Notes: generated from the letters alone by a model not told the origin. A DNA stretch of 62,272 nucleotides, filler included, from Stramenopiles sp. TOSAG23-3 (GCA_900128585.1; 27 parts of 27 records of this genome joined end to end with filler, not necessarily neighbours in it); one strand, 5' to 3'. Positions 34,648 through 45,815 are shown, numbered from the whole stretch's first letter. A program made the numbers and translations.

Positions 34648-34747
34648 NNNNNNNNNNNNNNNNNNNNNNNNNNNNNNNNNNNNNNNNNNNNTTAATTAAT
34701 TAANNNNNNNNNNNNNNNNNNNNNNNNNNNNNNNNNNNNNNNNNNNN

Positions 34748-35265
34748 GCACTCTTGTAATGGCTTACCGCGTCGTCTACCTCCCCCAACGCACGCAACGC
34801 GTTTGCCCATTCCACATGAACGACATCGTCCGTTGGGGCCAACGAGTACCCTTCTTGGGGAACCGTCTCCGCCAGGCACGCCTCGTACTTGGGAATGGCT
34901 TCCTTGTACCGTTCTGCCGACGCAAGTTCCAGCCCTTTGGCAAAACTTTTGAACCGAACAGAGTTAAAGTCGACTTGGTTCGGCGTAGGAGATGTAACGT
35001 CGATCACGTTGCTCTTCTTACCTGCCGTGAGGGGCGAGGACGTTGCAAAGGCCCACGAGGCCGCCGCTCGGGCCTGCCGAACGGCCAGGCTTTGAAAACT
35101 CCCAGAGGTAACCACGCTAAGGAAAAATGACGCGGCAATGATAGTTACGATTCCCTTCGGCGACGCCAAAAACCGTTCCCAAGAATCGTTCGGTTCATCG
35201 GACGTAGACCCTTGGTTCTTTCGCTCCTTGTTCAGACGCTGTTCGCGTTGCCTCGCTTTCTTCAT
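34748..35265 (-). CDS. Membrane-anchored TPR protein, N-terminal fragment
   Basis: Basic N-terminus, hydrophobic GIVTIIAASFFLSVV, TPR-like FAKGL.L....RY.EAI..Y and H..WANAL..LG..DDA..HY. Confidence 0.65.
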
Positions 35266-35504
35266 ATCGCCCGTTCGTTCGTTATGCCCAGATCGTATTC
35301 CCTTGTTCGTTCTCGCCGCTCGTAGCCCGTCCAACCTTCTCGGCAATACGAAGACCCACCCACCTAAATATACCTCTCCAAATCTCACACGAACCGGTAC
35401 GCGTGTTTTGAATCGTTCTTTCGAAATGGTTTAAGCTTAATTAACTTCTAACACTGCGTTTCTTTTCTTTATTCTTTTAATCCAACTCATCAACCAACGC
35501 ATGC

Positions 35505-35660
35505 ATTCTCTTCTTTCTCTTCTTTCTCTTCTTCTTTTTTTGATGAATCTCTTCTTCTTCTTCTTCTTCTTCTTCTTCTTCTTCTTCTTCTTTCTTTCTT
35601 TCTTTCTTCTTCTTTCTTTCTTCTTTCTTCTTCTTTCTTTCTTCTTTCTTCTTCTTTTGT
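35505..35660. repeat. (CTT)n/(TTTC)n microsatellite between divergent genes
   Basis: Direct inspection. Confidence 0.9.
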
Positions 35661-35965
35661 GATTAATGACGGCAATATTATATCTTATTAAATAGGATAA
35701 TTATCATTTTAAATACTAAATATATTGTTATAAGTATAATAAAATAAGATATTAATAATGATTTTTTCTTTCTTCTTCTTTTTCTTCTTCTTTCTTCTTC
35801 AATCGATCATGTTTTTTTCATATTTTATATGTATATGGATGTAATGATCAAATGAATTCAATCCGAAAACAAATTGAATGCAATCAAGGTATGATTTTGA
35901 ATTTGAATTCATCTACAAAAAAAGAAAGAAAGGACGGGGTTTGTATTGTTGGTGGTATTTTGATC

Positions 35966-36745
35966 ATGCGGGGTTTTTTATTATGCACGATTGTGATTGT
36001 CCTTCTAACGGTGGTTGTTGCTTACACGGACAGTATTGAAGAGCACAATTTCGGTTTGTGGTTGGCTGCGTCCCGTGGGGATGTTGATGCAGTTCAACAT
36101 GCTTTGCATGGCAACCGATTGATTCGAGCCACCAAAGATCATTACAAATACGAAGTTATTGATCGCCACCATTATGAAGGTAAGTAATACTCTTTCATGC
36201 CACGTCACGTACACAGCGCGTTGCTGTTGCACATGTACATGCATGCACACAACATTTTGCATTTCTTCTCGTTCGCAGCATATACACTGCTCACTACTAA
36301 CCCTGATTTTCCGTTTCTTTTCATCCTCTGATTCTCCCTTTCTCCTGTAGAGTACACTCCGAACTGGCATTGCACGGTTCATGACGAACAAACCGCAGTG
36401 CATGCCGCAATAAAGAACGGTCACTTCGAAGTGGTGAAATTGCTGCTAGCGCATAATCGGGGGAAGACCCATGCGAAAACGTGGGATGCAGAGGCGAGGA
36501 CAAGGTACCAAGACACCCCGATCGTGTTCGCCGCGCGGTACGGCCATTATGATATTGCCAAGTACCTCATCCATGAGTTCAAGGTGAAGACGCACGTTAA
36601 AGGAAGAAATAAGAAACATGGACCGATGTACTGGGCGAAACAAGCCCCGGAATCATACTACACGTCCACACAGATAGAAGGAAAGAAGAAGATAGTAGAA
36701 TTGCTAGAAATGAGTGGGACAAAAAAGATGAGGATTGAGTTGTAA
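35966..36745 (+). CDS. Signal-peptide-bearing ankyrin-repeat protein, spliced (intron 36180-36350)
   Basis: MRGFLLCTIVIVLLTVVVA; LWLAASRGD; GTAAGT...ACTAAC...TAG intron restores frame to QTAVHAAIKNGH and DTPIVFAARYGH. Confidence 0.85.
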
Positions 36746-37380
36746 GTTTCACTAAAAAAAGTTAAAAGTGTAAAATTCGATCGAAAAGATAGAGAGACGG
36801 GCACGAGTACATGCAAGCATGTACCTAATCTCTATTTACTTCTTTAACAAATTTCTTTGCACTTTTTTCTAATTTCAATCTCACCACTATAATCCATGCA
36901 AACCTCCTTTTCCCTTTTTTTCGCTATGAAAAATTCCTTCTTTTCTTTCTTTCTTCTTNNNNNNNNNNNNNNNNNNNNNNNNNNNNNNNNNNNNNNNNNN
37001 NNTTAATTAATTAANNNNNNNNNNNNNNNNNNNNNNNNNNNNNNNNNNNNNNNNNNNNTTTTTGTTCCTGCTGTATAGTTTTTTGTTTCAGTTTTTCTGT
37101 TGCTTTCACGCCCTCTCCTTGCTTCAAACTACCTTTTGCCCGGTGCTTTTGGTTTCTTGAATAATAAATAATTTTATAAAATACGAAAAAAATTGATCCC
37201 GGTTTACAAGACAGACAACGAGCACCTTTAAAACATTCACGCCGCTGCGTGGAAAACCACACAAGGAATGATTCATCTATGTGAGTGAGACATTGGGTGA
37301 GGAAGTTGATTATGTGGGTCCTTTGACATTGACGCAATTCCACACACTGATTCGGATCATGCATGGAGTACACACGCACA

Positions 37381-38685
37381 TTACAAACTGAGATGACCCC
37401 TTACATCGTCATCCAACATTTGAGACAAACGATTGACTGTAAAGTTTAAAATTCTGAGCTGCCCACGTAAAATCGTCGTAAGCATCGGACCAAATCGTGT
37501 CTCGTCGTTCCGCCGGTCTAAACCTTCAAGGATGTGTTGGTGTTCCATCGATAAAAAATTACGAAGAAGCTGGTACGAGCATGCTTTGGGAATCGTATCT
37601 GAGTAGAGCCGTACATTCAGAATTTCACTGGGGAATGGCTCCTGCAGGATGTATACGGATTTTTTTGGGCTATGAACGTACTTGTCTTGCTCACAAAAAT
37701 ATGACTCGCTGTTTGAAGAAACTGCAAATGTAGGAGGCGCATGAATCATGTTTACGTCCAATTGATAACAATCTCGGAGTTTGTCTGAACCTACGACAAA
37801 GCCGTACCGGAGAAACATTACTAAATTGCAGTGTCGCTTCATGCCAGGGGAGTCATAGCTTATAAAAACTTCTTCTCCAGCGACATGCTGACGAGTTATG
37901 AACACGCCCTGGTAGAGCTCTGTGCCAATCGTCACGGGACCGTACGATCTTGCGTTACCGTCGTGGTTTAGAAAAGTTATCCCACACAACATCTGCTCTT
38001 CAAGCGTATTTGTCTCCTTCGACGTCTGGATATTGCCATGTGAATATTGATACAGGTACGCCCAATTGTACAATGATTTTGCTTCAGCGTAGGATAGCGC
38101 TTCAATTGATGGAATTTTTGGGAAGATAAACTTACTAAGAATCTCGTACCTCTCTGAAACGAATTGCTTCAGTTGTCTAATTCTCTGAACATCGTGTTGG
38201 GGGAACCCTATCAAATTCAGGTTTGAGGCGTAGAAATTCAACGGTAGGTGCAGTTGTCCCTCTTCATTTACCATGTCTATGCAAGGACCCCATTTCGATT
38301 CTTCTCCTTTTAAACGCTCCATCATAAGCCCGGTGACCATAATTTCAAACCCATATATCGCGGTGCCATTTGATACTATACTATTGAACAAGTGCGCAAG
38401 GTCGATAGATTTTTCTGCAAGCACAGTTGACTTTGAAAAGACCAAACCTTGCGGAATCAGCATAACAAGGCCTTGGTCCAGGGATAAACCACCCTGTAAA
38501 TCTTTTGTCAGCATCAAACCACGATAGTTTCTTCCCGGATCTTTGAACAGTTTCACATCGCGCAAAGTAGCACCATTATCTACAAGCCAATTTTGAAATT
38601 TTTCTTCCACTGTAAGCGCATGACAAAAAAATTGCACCTTCAGTAAAAGGGCAAACAAAAGGTTGTAACCCCAAACCCTCTTCAT
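37381..38685 (-). CDS. SET-domain methyltransferase (Rubisco LSMT/SETD3/SETD6-like) with a signal-peptide-like N-terminus
   Basis: F..WL..NGA, RGL..TKD, LIP, FLNHD, GEEVFISY, FLRYGFV; MKRVWGYNLLFALLLKVQFFCHA. Confidence 0.82.
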   Translation of the reverse strand: MKRVWGYNLLFALLLKVQFFCHALTVEEKFQNWLVDNGATLRDVKLFKDPGRNYRGLMLTKDLQGGLSLDQGLVMLIPQGLVFSKSTVLAEKSIDLAHLFNSIVSNGTAIYGFEIMVTGLMMERLKGEESKWGPCIDMVNEEGQLHLPLNFYASNLNLIGFPQHDVQRIRQLKQFVSERYEILSKFIFPKIPSIEALSYAEAKSLYNWAYLYQYSHGNIQTSKETNTLEEQMLCGITFLNHDGNARSYGPVTIGTELYQGVFITRQHVAGEEVFISYDSPGMKRHCNLVMFLRYGFVVGSDKLRDCYQLDVNMIHAPPTFAVSSNSESYFCEQDKYVHSPKKSVYILQEPFPSEILNVRLYSDTIPKACSYQLLRNFLSMEHQHILEGLDRRNDETRFGPMLTTILRGQLRILNFTVNRLSQMLDDDVRGHLSL

Positions 38686-39142
38686 CGACCAATTTTTTGT
38701 TAAAAAGAAGGGACGCAGAGTATCGCGCAAACGTCATTACGACGTCTAATGGAAAATGAGTTTCGATGAAGCATGAAAGACAATTAGTCTGTGATTGAAT
38801 TAGAAATAGTAGAAGTGTCGTACTTACTTGCAGTCTTTTCTTGATTGTTGATGATGATGATGAATGTTGATTCGTTGTTGTTGTTCGTCGTTGATGAATT
38901 TTTGTTGTTTTTGTTGTTATTCTTCTTCTTCTCTCTTGCTCTCTCCCTTTCTTTCTTTCTTTCTTTCTTCTTCTTCATTCTAGTAAGATATTTAATAATA
39001 ATATTAATATCATAATAGCATTGGTTAAAAATATTCCTACTATTAAATACAGGTAATAGTATTAAATAAAACCAAAAAAAGTGTTTTTTCATGTTATTTC
39101 TATTGTTATCCTCTTCCTGAAAGAATAAAAATAAAATCTAAA

Positions 39143-39265
39143 AAGAAGAAGAAGAAGAAAGAAAGAAGAAGAAGAAGAAGAAGAAGAAGAAGAAGAAAGA
39201 AAGAAGAAGAAGAAGAAGAAGAAGAAGAAGAAGAAGAAGAAGAAGAAGAAGAAGAAGAAGAAGAA
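39143..39265. repeat. (GAA)n microsatellite
   Basis: Nearly pure GAA run to the contig end. Confidence 0.95.
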
Positions 39266-39861
39266 NNNNNNNNNNNNNNNNNNNNNNNNNNNNNNNNNNN
39301 NNNNNNNNNTTAATTAATTAANNNNNNNNNNNNNNNNNNNNNNNNNNNNNNNNNNNNNNNNNNNNAGAAGCTCCTCACTCCCAATTATTTCTTTTAAAAT
39401 AAAATACGAGGATAATTAAACTAATATAAAAAAGCAGCCCATCATATTTCAATCAAAATACAATTCTTCTCCTCTACTCTGTGGTGCTCGTATATTAATA
39501 CTTGGTAGTAAAAAATAAAGAGAGAAGAAGAAGAGAGAGAGACTAATAGAAAGAAAGAAAAATATATATGTATACTACTACAGTACTTGGTAGTAGAATA
39601 GTAGTAGATTATTACAAACTGCAATAATAAAATATTGTGACACTCACGACGGACGACTCGACGAGAAAGGAAGAAAGAACGGAGGAAGAAAATTGAAGAC
39701 GACCTAATGATGAACGACAATGCGTTGATTTTTTGTGATACTATATTTGTGCGTATAAACAAACCCACGTTAGCACGTAAACTTTGAGGTGGAAACTTAG
39801 TAGTTGAAACGTGTTTTCCTGTCCCGGGTGGCTCACACTTCGATAAAAAGATATTTTGACA

Positions 39862-41572
39862 ATGGAAGCCCTGGTCGCCTATTTGAAACGGATTTGCCCG
39901 CTGCTGCTTGGAGGTACGGACGGCGGGGACGATCGGTTTGAAATAGCCATTGCCAATAACAGCGAGGTGTTAGAAAACTTCGTCCTTGAGTCTCACTCTG
40001 CTCTGTATGTCCAATTGTCAGAAGCGAAAAGTTTGGAGGAGGACTCCAAACCAGAGTTATGCTACACAATTAGTACGAACGTGTTGAGGGGTGCTGGAAA
40101 CGCGACAGCGATGGGCTTTCTGAAACGGAAGAGCGGGCCTTTGCAAGAGCGAAAAGCAATCCAGCATCAACTTCGGGTAATAGAGCTTGGCGGAAATTTG
40201 TCGCATTTTCAAGAAGTCGACGAATCCGGAAACTCTAGCGAAGAAGAAAAGGACCGAGAAGAGGGAAAGAACCACGCTGGAGACAACCAAAGCTTCGAAA
40301 TGCTCTACGGGTACGTGCACCACACGTTCACCCCCTTGCTCAGATCGTACGCACTGGAGATGCGTAATGAAAACGATGAGGTTGGAGGTGGTGGCGACGC
40401 TTCAGGTTCTAGTGGGCTTAAACAGAGCCTTCCGATGTTGGGGAAAAAGCTGCAGGAATTGGAGTACGCGTTGAAAACGTGCATGCAACAGACGGAGATC
40501 CCCGAAGTTGTCTTCAACTTGGAGCCAGAAATAGTGGAGTGTGTTGGGAAAGAGGAAAAAGAGGGTCACTTGGGAATGGAGGAACTGGGGTTAGAAAGCA
40601 TTCAAGACGACAGCACTCTGTTGAAACGTTTGAAAAAGGGTGTGAACAAGTGGTATGAAGACTCCAAGCAATTGTCAACTTTGTCCCGAGACGCAAGTAG
40701 CGGCACTGCATTGGAAGAAGTCAGGTTTTGGACGAACATGGAGCAAGCCCTGCACGACGTCGATCTACAGATGAAAGGCAAAGGTGTTGAAATGACGCTT
40801 CGAATTCTAAAACACTACAAGCAGTTCGGGGTTATTTTGGCATTTCAGCAAGACACTGGTCTTACGCAAAAATTCTCTGAAGTAAACAGTTACATGGCCC
40901 TTATTCGAGATTTTCCCATCAACGCAATTTTGACTGCGTCAAACGTCAAACAAGTGCAACAGGCGGTTGCAGCTGTTTTTTCCCACATGCGCAAAATGAA
41001 AACTGCGCAGTACCCTGTGAAGCGATCGTTCCAGCTGCTGGAGAGTGTTTCCAGGGACTTGTGCAAAAAGCTTGTTACTCTATTAAAACCCTTAAGGATG
41101 ATGAAATTGCCTTATGAAATTTTCGTAAAAGAAAACGATCACTGCTCAAACCTGTTCAAGACCTGGGACGAGCATTGTGGGGGATTCCGGGAGCTTGCCC
41201 GAGAAATAGCAAAAAAGCGCGGGGCGGAGAAAACATCGGCCCGGCTCGTTGTTGCTCATGCAAAATTAAGAGATCGCTTGGAAGACGTATACCACTGCAG
41301 ACAGAACCATGAGAAGCTAAGACATGTAATTGTTACCGTGTTGAAGCCTTTGGAGAGAAAAAATGTTTCCGATAGCCCCTCTCGAGGGCCTAATGCCAAC
41401 AACTCGCAGAGAGAGAATAGTGCAGTCATGGACGTTCACGATGCGTACAAATTTTTGTCGTCTGCCGATGTTTTTGACGTTACACAAGAAGGTGATGAAG
41501 CTTGGGAATCTGCCAAAAAGCAGTACGAACTGAGGATTGACAAAGTAGAAACGGACATAACCGCGACACTGA
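39862..41572 (+). CDS. DYNC1H1: Cytoplasmic dynein 1 heavy chain, N-terminal tail (3' partial)
   Basis: RDASSGTALEEVRFW..ME.AL, DFPIN..L.A, YPVKR..QL.E.VSRDL, FR.L.R...KKR, R..HE.LR.VI..VL, W..A...Y..RIDKVET.IT. Confidence 0.92.
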
Positions 41573-41672
41573 NNNNNNNNNNNNNNNNNNNNNNNNNNNN
41601 NNNNNNNNNNNNNNNNTTAATTAATTAANNNNNNNNNNNNNNNNNNNNNNNNNNNNNNNNNNNNNNNNNNNN

Positions 41673-42244
41673 GCCAAGTGATGCGAATCGCGGGGGAAGC
41701 GCTGACCCAGAACATCACCAACCTTGGCCCCCTCGTGCTGCCGTGGTCCGAGCAAATCCGCTTCTTCCTCAACGTCCTCGTCCGAAAGGTCTTTCGCAAG
41801 AATTCCCTGGGGCAGGCAGGGAAGGCGTTGGTCGGGGGACTCTTTGACGCCCCCCTGCTCGGGCGCGCCGCAAAGTACGTTTGCGGTTGCAGCGGGGCAT
41901 CACGCGAAGGCGGCGACGGGGGAAAGGGCAAAGGCGAGTACTCGATCAAGCCGTACGTTCCGGATTTTCAGAAATGTTTCGACCATTTTTGTGTTCATGC
42001 CGGTGGCCGGGCAGTGATCGATGCGATCGAGAAAAGCTTGCAGCTGTCTGCCAAGAAAATGGAGCCTTCACGAAAGGTATTGTTCCGTTATGGCAACGTC
42101 TCCAGTGCATCAATCTGGTACGAAATGGAGTGCGTGCTGAACGAGGAGGAAGACGTCTGCCCGGGACAGACCGTTTGGCAAATCGCTTTTGGGAGTGGGT
42201 TCAAGTGCAACAGTGCCGTCTGGAAGATTTTACGAACGAAATAG
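41673..42244 (+). CDS. KCS: FAE1-type 3-ketoacyl-CoA synthase (VLCFA elongase), C-terminal part
   Basis: NIT.LGPLVLP.SEQ..F, PYVPDF...FDHFCVHAGGRAV, EPSR..L.RYGN.SS.S.WYE, VWQIAFGSGFKCNSAVW. Confidence 0.93.
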
Positions 42245-42398
42245 AAACCCGCGAACGGAAGGGAACGCACGGGATACACAAATTTATTATTTTCAAGCGA
42301 GAAGGCTTCAAATGTTAATTTTACGAACTTATCTTAATTTATGTGTACGCGCCATTTTTGCTCGGCTCAACCTTTCTCCCACGACGCCCCGCCCTTCC

Positions 42399-43082
42399 TT
42401 ACGTCGAGGGTGCCAACTCGTCATGGACCTTTTGTATAAGTTCATGCCAGGTCTTCCGCATCCCCTTCACGTAGTTGGGAGTACATTCCTTTAAAAGCCT
42501 GCCGTTTTCCTTGAACGGGTTCACCCCTTCCACAAAGTACTGCCCCAAAAGTTGAGAAATGCAAAGCAAGTACATGCCGCAGTCGTAGCCATTTCGTTGG
42601 CGTGGGGCGTTTGCACCGGCACAATAAACTGCCCCTTTGTATACGGAAGCAGCCAGTTTCTTTACAATTGCTGACGCAGCCCCGAGGTTTATGGACGACG
42701 AACCCATGGAATCAAAGTGTACAAACGTGTTTGTAGAGGCTTGGTAAACTATCAACGACCAATGAGAACCATTCGTGACCAGGCCGGACGAGTTGTTGTT
42801 CACGGGAATGAACACAAGTTTTCTTTTCGTCAACTGCAGAGCGTTCGATAAATCGTTCAAGTCTTCGTCGTCTCCGTATTGTAGCAGCATCGTGTTTGCG
42901 GGATGGACAAACAGAAGGTCGTCGCCACAGTCCCCGAATTCAACGTGCTGAAAATACTCGTAACCAAATAGTATCGCGTGATCATTCAGCCAGTTGCCAC
43001 CACAAAACAAACCCAAATCAGAAAAATACAAAGTGGAGTCGTGGAACGTCAAATATACCTGATTCTCAGACGAGGACGCCAT
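42399..43082 (-). CDS. SENP8: NEDD8-specific protease SENP8/NEDP1 (Ulp1-like C48)
   Basis: L.FHDS.L...D, WLND..I.F.YEY, FIPVNNN, GSHWSL.V, HFDS, QRNGYDCG; compact 227 aa. Confidence 0.88.
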   Translation of the reverse strand: MASSSENQVYLTFHDSTLYFSDLGLFCGGNWLNDHAILFGYEYFQHVEFGDCGDDLLFVHPANTMLLQYGDDEDLNDLSNALQLTKRKLVFIPVNNNSSGLVTNGSHWSLIVYQASTNTFVHFDSMGSSSINLGAASAIVKKLAASVYKGAVYCAGANAPRQRNGYDCGMYLLCISQLLGQYFVEGVNPFKENGRLLKECTPNYVKGMRKTWHELIQKVHDELAPST

Positions 43083-43651
43083 AGTTCACCCACACCCGGC
43101 CCGTCACTGTCCCGGTCAAATGCACACAAAGACAACAGACACGCAGGCTTTTTATTCTCAATCCCTTTTTTGTTCAATACATATAATCTGAACATCCATA
43201 GCCGTGAATACAATTGTTTCTTCATTTCAATTATTGTTTCATCTTTGTATGAAATCCATTTCTTTCATATTTTATTTACAGTAATAATATAGTCGTCTGA
43301 ACTGTAAATCCGAAATGAATGTATATTTATTATAATAATAAAATAAAATCCTCCACCCCCCATCCATCATAAATAATATTTATTTATATTTCAACTATGA
43401 TTTTTTTATCTAAAAATCAATTACTACAGATACAGATAGGCTTTATCATAGTCTAACGAAAGGGTTTCATTTCGTTATTATCATATGGCAATAAAACACA
43501 TATCCTTGGGGATTAATATTATAATTCTAAGATGGCTTCTCTTTCTTCTTCTTCTTTTTTTGACAACAACAAAAAGACGACAAAAAAATCAATGTTGTTT
43601 GGCGCGTAAAATAAAACAACTACAATATTACACATAAAAACATAAAAACAT

Positions 43652-43741
43652 GAAGAAAGAAGAAGAAGAAGAAGAAGAAGAAGAAGAAGAAGAAGAAAGA
43701 AGAAGAAAGAAGAAGAAGAAGAAAGAAGAAAGAAGAAGAAG
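43652..43741. repeat. (GAA)n microsatellite
   Basis: Direct inspection. Confidence 0.93.
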
Positions 43742-44200
43742 TCGACGATAAATATCATAGACGATAGGTGGGCCTGAAAACAGTTGTTGAATGTAACTGG
43801 CCCACCTTGCACTCAAGTGCTCAAAAAAAAATTTTATAAACGATCAAATGAAGACTTACGAACCAAAACAACGGTCANNNNNNNNNNNNNNNNNNNNNNN
43901 NNNNNNNNNNNNNNNNNNNNNTTAATTAATTAANNNNNNNNNNNNNNNNNNNNNNNNNNNNNNNNNNNNNNNNNNNNTTGTTCTTGAACTGACACCTTCT
44001 TTTTTTCTTTAATTTTAATTACTATAAAAAATAACAGCCAAATTTTTCTTGTTTTATCTCATTAGTTTTTTTTTTTTCATTACTTACTCTTGATTAAAAC
44101 AGCCAATTATTTTTTATTTTTTTTTTCATTTTGTTTTTTTTAAGATTTATTCAATATGATAAAAGCTTTTTTCTTTTTCCGCCTTCAAATCCACATTCGC

Positions 44201-45772
44201 TCACTTTTGCTTTGACTTCAAAGTCGCCTTGTACGAATACGACATGTTTTGGGCCTCCAACGCGAACATGATCACCGATATCACAAAAAATAAAAACGGC
44301 AACCACCATCTGCATGATTTGTCGATGTTTGCGATATTGTCCTTCGTGTAGCCCAGCTGCTTTATGGGGTCGAAATGCGTCACACTGTACAAAAGGCTTT
44401 TCTTGGACCCGTCACTTTCTATTTTCTCCTCCATCAGCTTTAAGAAGGTCTCAAAGCTTAGGTGCTTTTGGCCTTGAAAGACTTGGCTTTGTGCAATCCA
44501 CTTCTTCGCTTTCGCTTTGCTCACCGGAAAGCCTGCATTCTTTGACACTTCTACTATCTCTTCGGCAGTGAGGTTGCTGTCTTCCTTCGTCTCGACCTCT
44601 TCCATGGCTTTCACCAGGCGATCTCTTCGAAGCTCTTTTTCGGCCGTCATTTTCTGTTCCAGGGATAGCAACGGGTCCTCCACGTCCGCATTGTCCTTTT
44701 CGTCCGGCGTGTCGACAGGGGCTGCGCCACCCTTCATGAGACGCTTTTTTTTCTCCAGTTTTGTCTCCCCTATGGGATTTAAAAAGTGAACCATGGTCAC
44801 GTGAACGTTCACAAAAAATGTCATCAAGAAGCACAAGGACATGTAGTAGTGAAGCCAGGTCAAGTACGCGATTCGGGGCAGCTGGTCGTTGACGACAAAC
44901 ATGAACGCCATGACTGTCAAGAACCCAATCGACGTAATCGTGATACGGCTTCCAAAATCCCTTTCCCACACAAAGAAGGACAGGAACGTGAACAGTACGA
45001 TCAAAATCAACGGCATAATGATGGACGCGCCCATCATCAACGTCTTTCGTTTCACGTACAGCGTGCCTTCCACGACGGAATCACGGGGCGACAGCATCGT
45101 TTTGCGAACGTCGTCGCGAACGATAAATGTTTCAAGGTCCCACGTGCTGTCCGAAAGCCCATCGGTCGTCATGTTCTTGTCCGCCCGGAGCAACAGTTCG
45201 TTCGCGTCGTACCCGAACGCGTTCACGGTCACCTTGATGGCGTGGTGGTCAAAGGGAAAGTGCAAGAGTTCGAAGGGGTGCTCCACGGTTACCAAGACCC
45301 TTCGCTCGTAAATGATGTAGCCTGCCTTGTCCAGCACCATTTCCGAGGAAAACCATTCGGGCTCTTTCCCTTCGTTCGATACAAACAGCCCAGGGGTCCA
45401 CACGTCTTTCGGTAGGATCCGTTTGAACGCGATTCCCTTCAGCCGTGGGTCCCTCCACTGGGTCAGGATGATCATGTCGAAGACCACGGAGCCGTCTTTG
45501 TCGTTAACTTCCGCAATGCGCTTCACCTTCAGGCCTACCGAAACGTTCAAGATACGCTCGTTTCGGTACGGCCGCACCATTTTGTCGTACCCGCTTGGCA
45601 AGGTCAACGACGGCGGGCCCAGCACATCGTTCAACCCTGCCATGATTGCCGGGTTGCGAGCATGGGCGCGAGCGTGGGTGCGAGCGACTGCACTTTCAAC
45701 TTCCACCCCGGCTGCGTGGGCGGAAGCAACGAAGGCAAAGGCCAAGAGTGAGTAGTATGCAAACGACCTCAT
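44201..45772 (-). CDS. Pentameric ligand-gated ion channel subunit, Cys-less (Pro-loop) type
   Basis: Signal peptide; YDKMVRP, W.DPRL, VWTP.LF..N, FPFD without flanking Cys; M1-M3 with LPRIAYLT; M4 IDK.CRW..P. Confidence 0.9.
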   Translation of the reverse strand: MRSFAYYSLLAFAFVASAHAAGVEVESAVARTHARAHARNPAIMAGLNDVLGPPSLTLPSGYDKMVRPYRNERILNVSVGLKVKRIAEVNDKDGSVVFDMIILTQWRDPRLKGIAFKRILPKDVWTPGLFVSNEGKEPEWFSSEMVLDKAGYIIYERRVLVTVEHPFELLHFPFDHHAIKVTVNAFGYDANELLLRADKNMTTDGLSDSTWDLETFIVRDDVRKTMLSPRDSVVEGTLYVKRKTLMMGASIIMPLILIVLFTFLSFFVWERDFGSRITITSIGFLTVMAFMFVVNDQLPRIAYLTWLHYYMSLCFLMTFFVNVHVTMVHFLNPIGETKLEKKKRLMKGGAAPVDTPDEKDNADVEDPLLSLEQKMTAEKELRRDRLVKAMEEVETKEDSNLTAEEIVEVSKNAGFPVSKAKAKKWIAQSQVFQGQKHLSFETFLKLMEEKIESDGSKKSLLYSVTHFDPIKQLGYTKDNIANIDKSCRWWLPFLFFVISVIMFALEAQNMSYSYKATLKSKQK

Positions 45773-45815
45773 AGCGAACGATCCAGAACGATGGGAAGAA
45801 CGTCAGGATCCTTCT

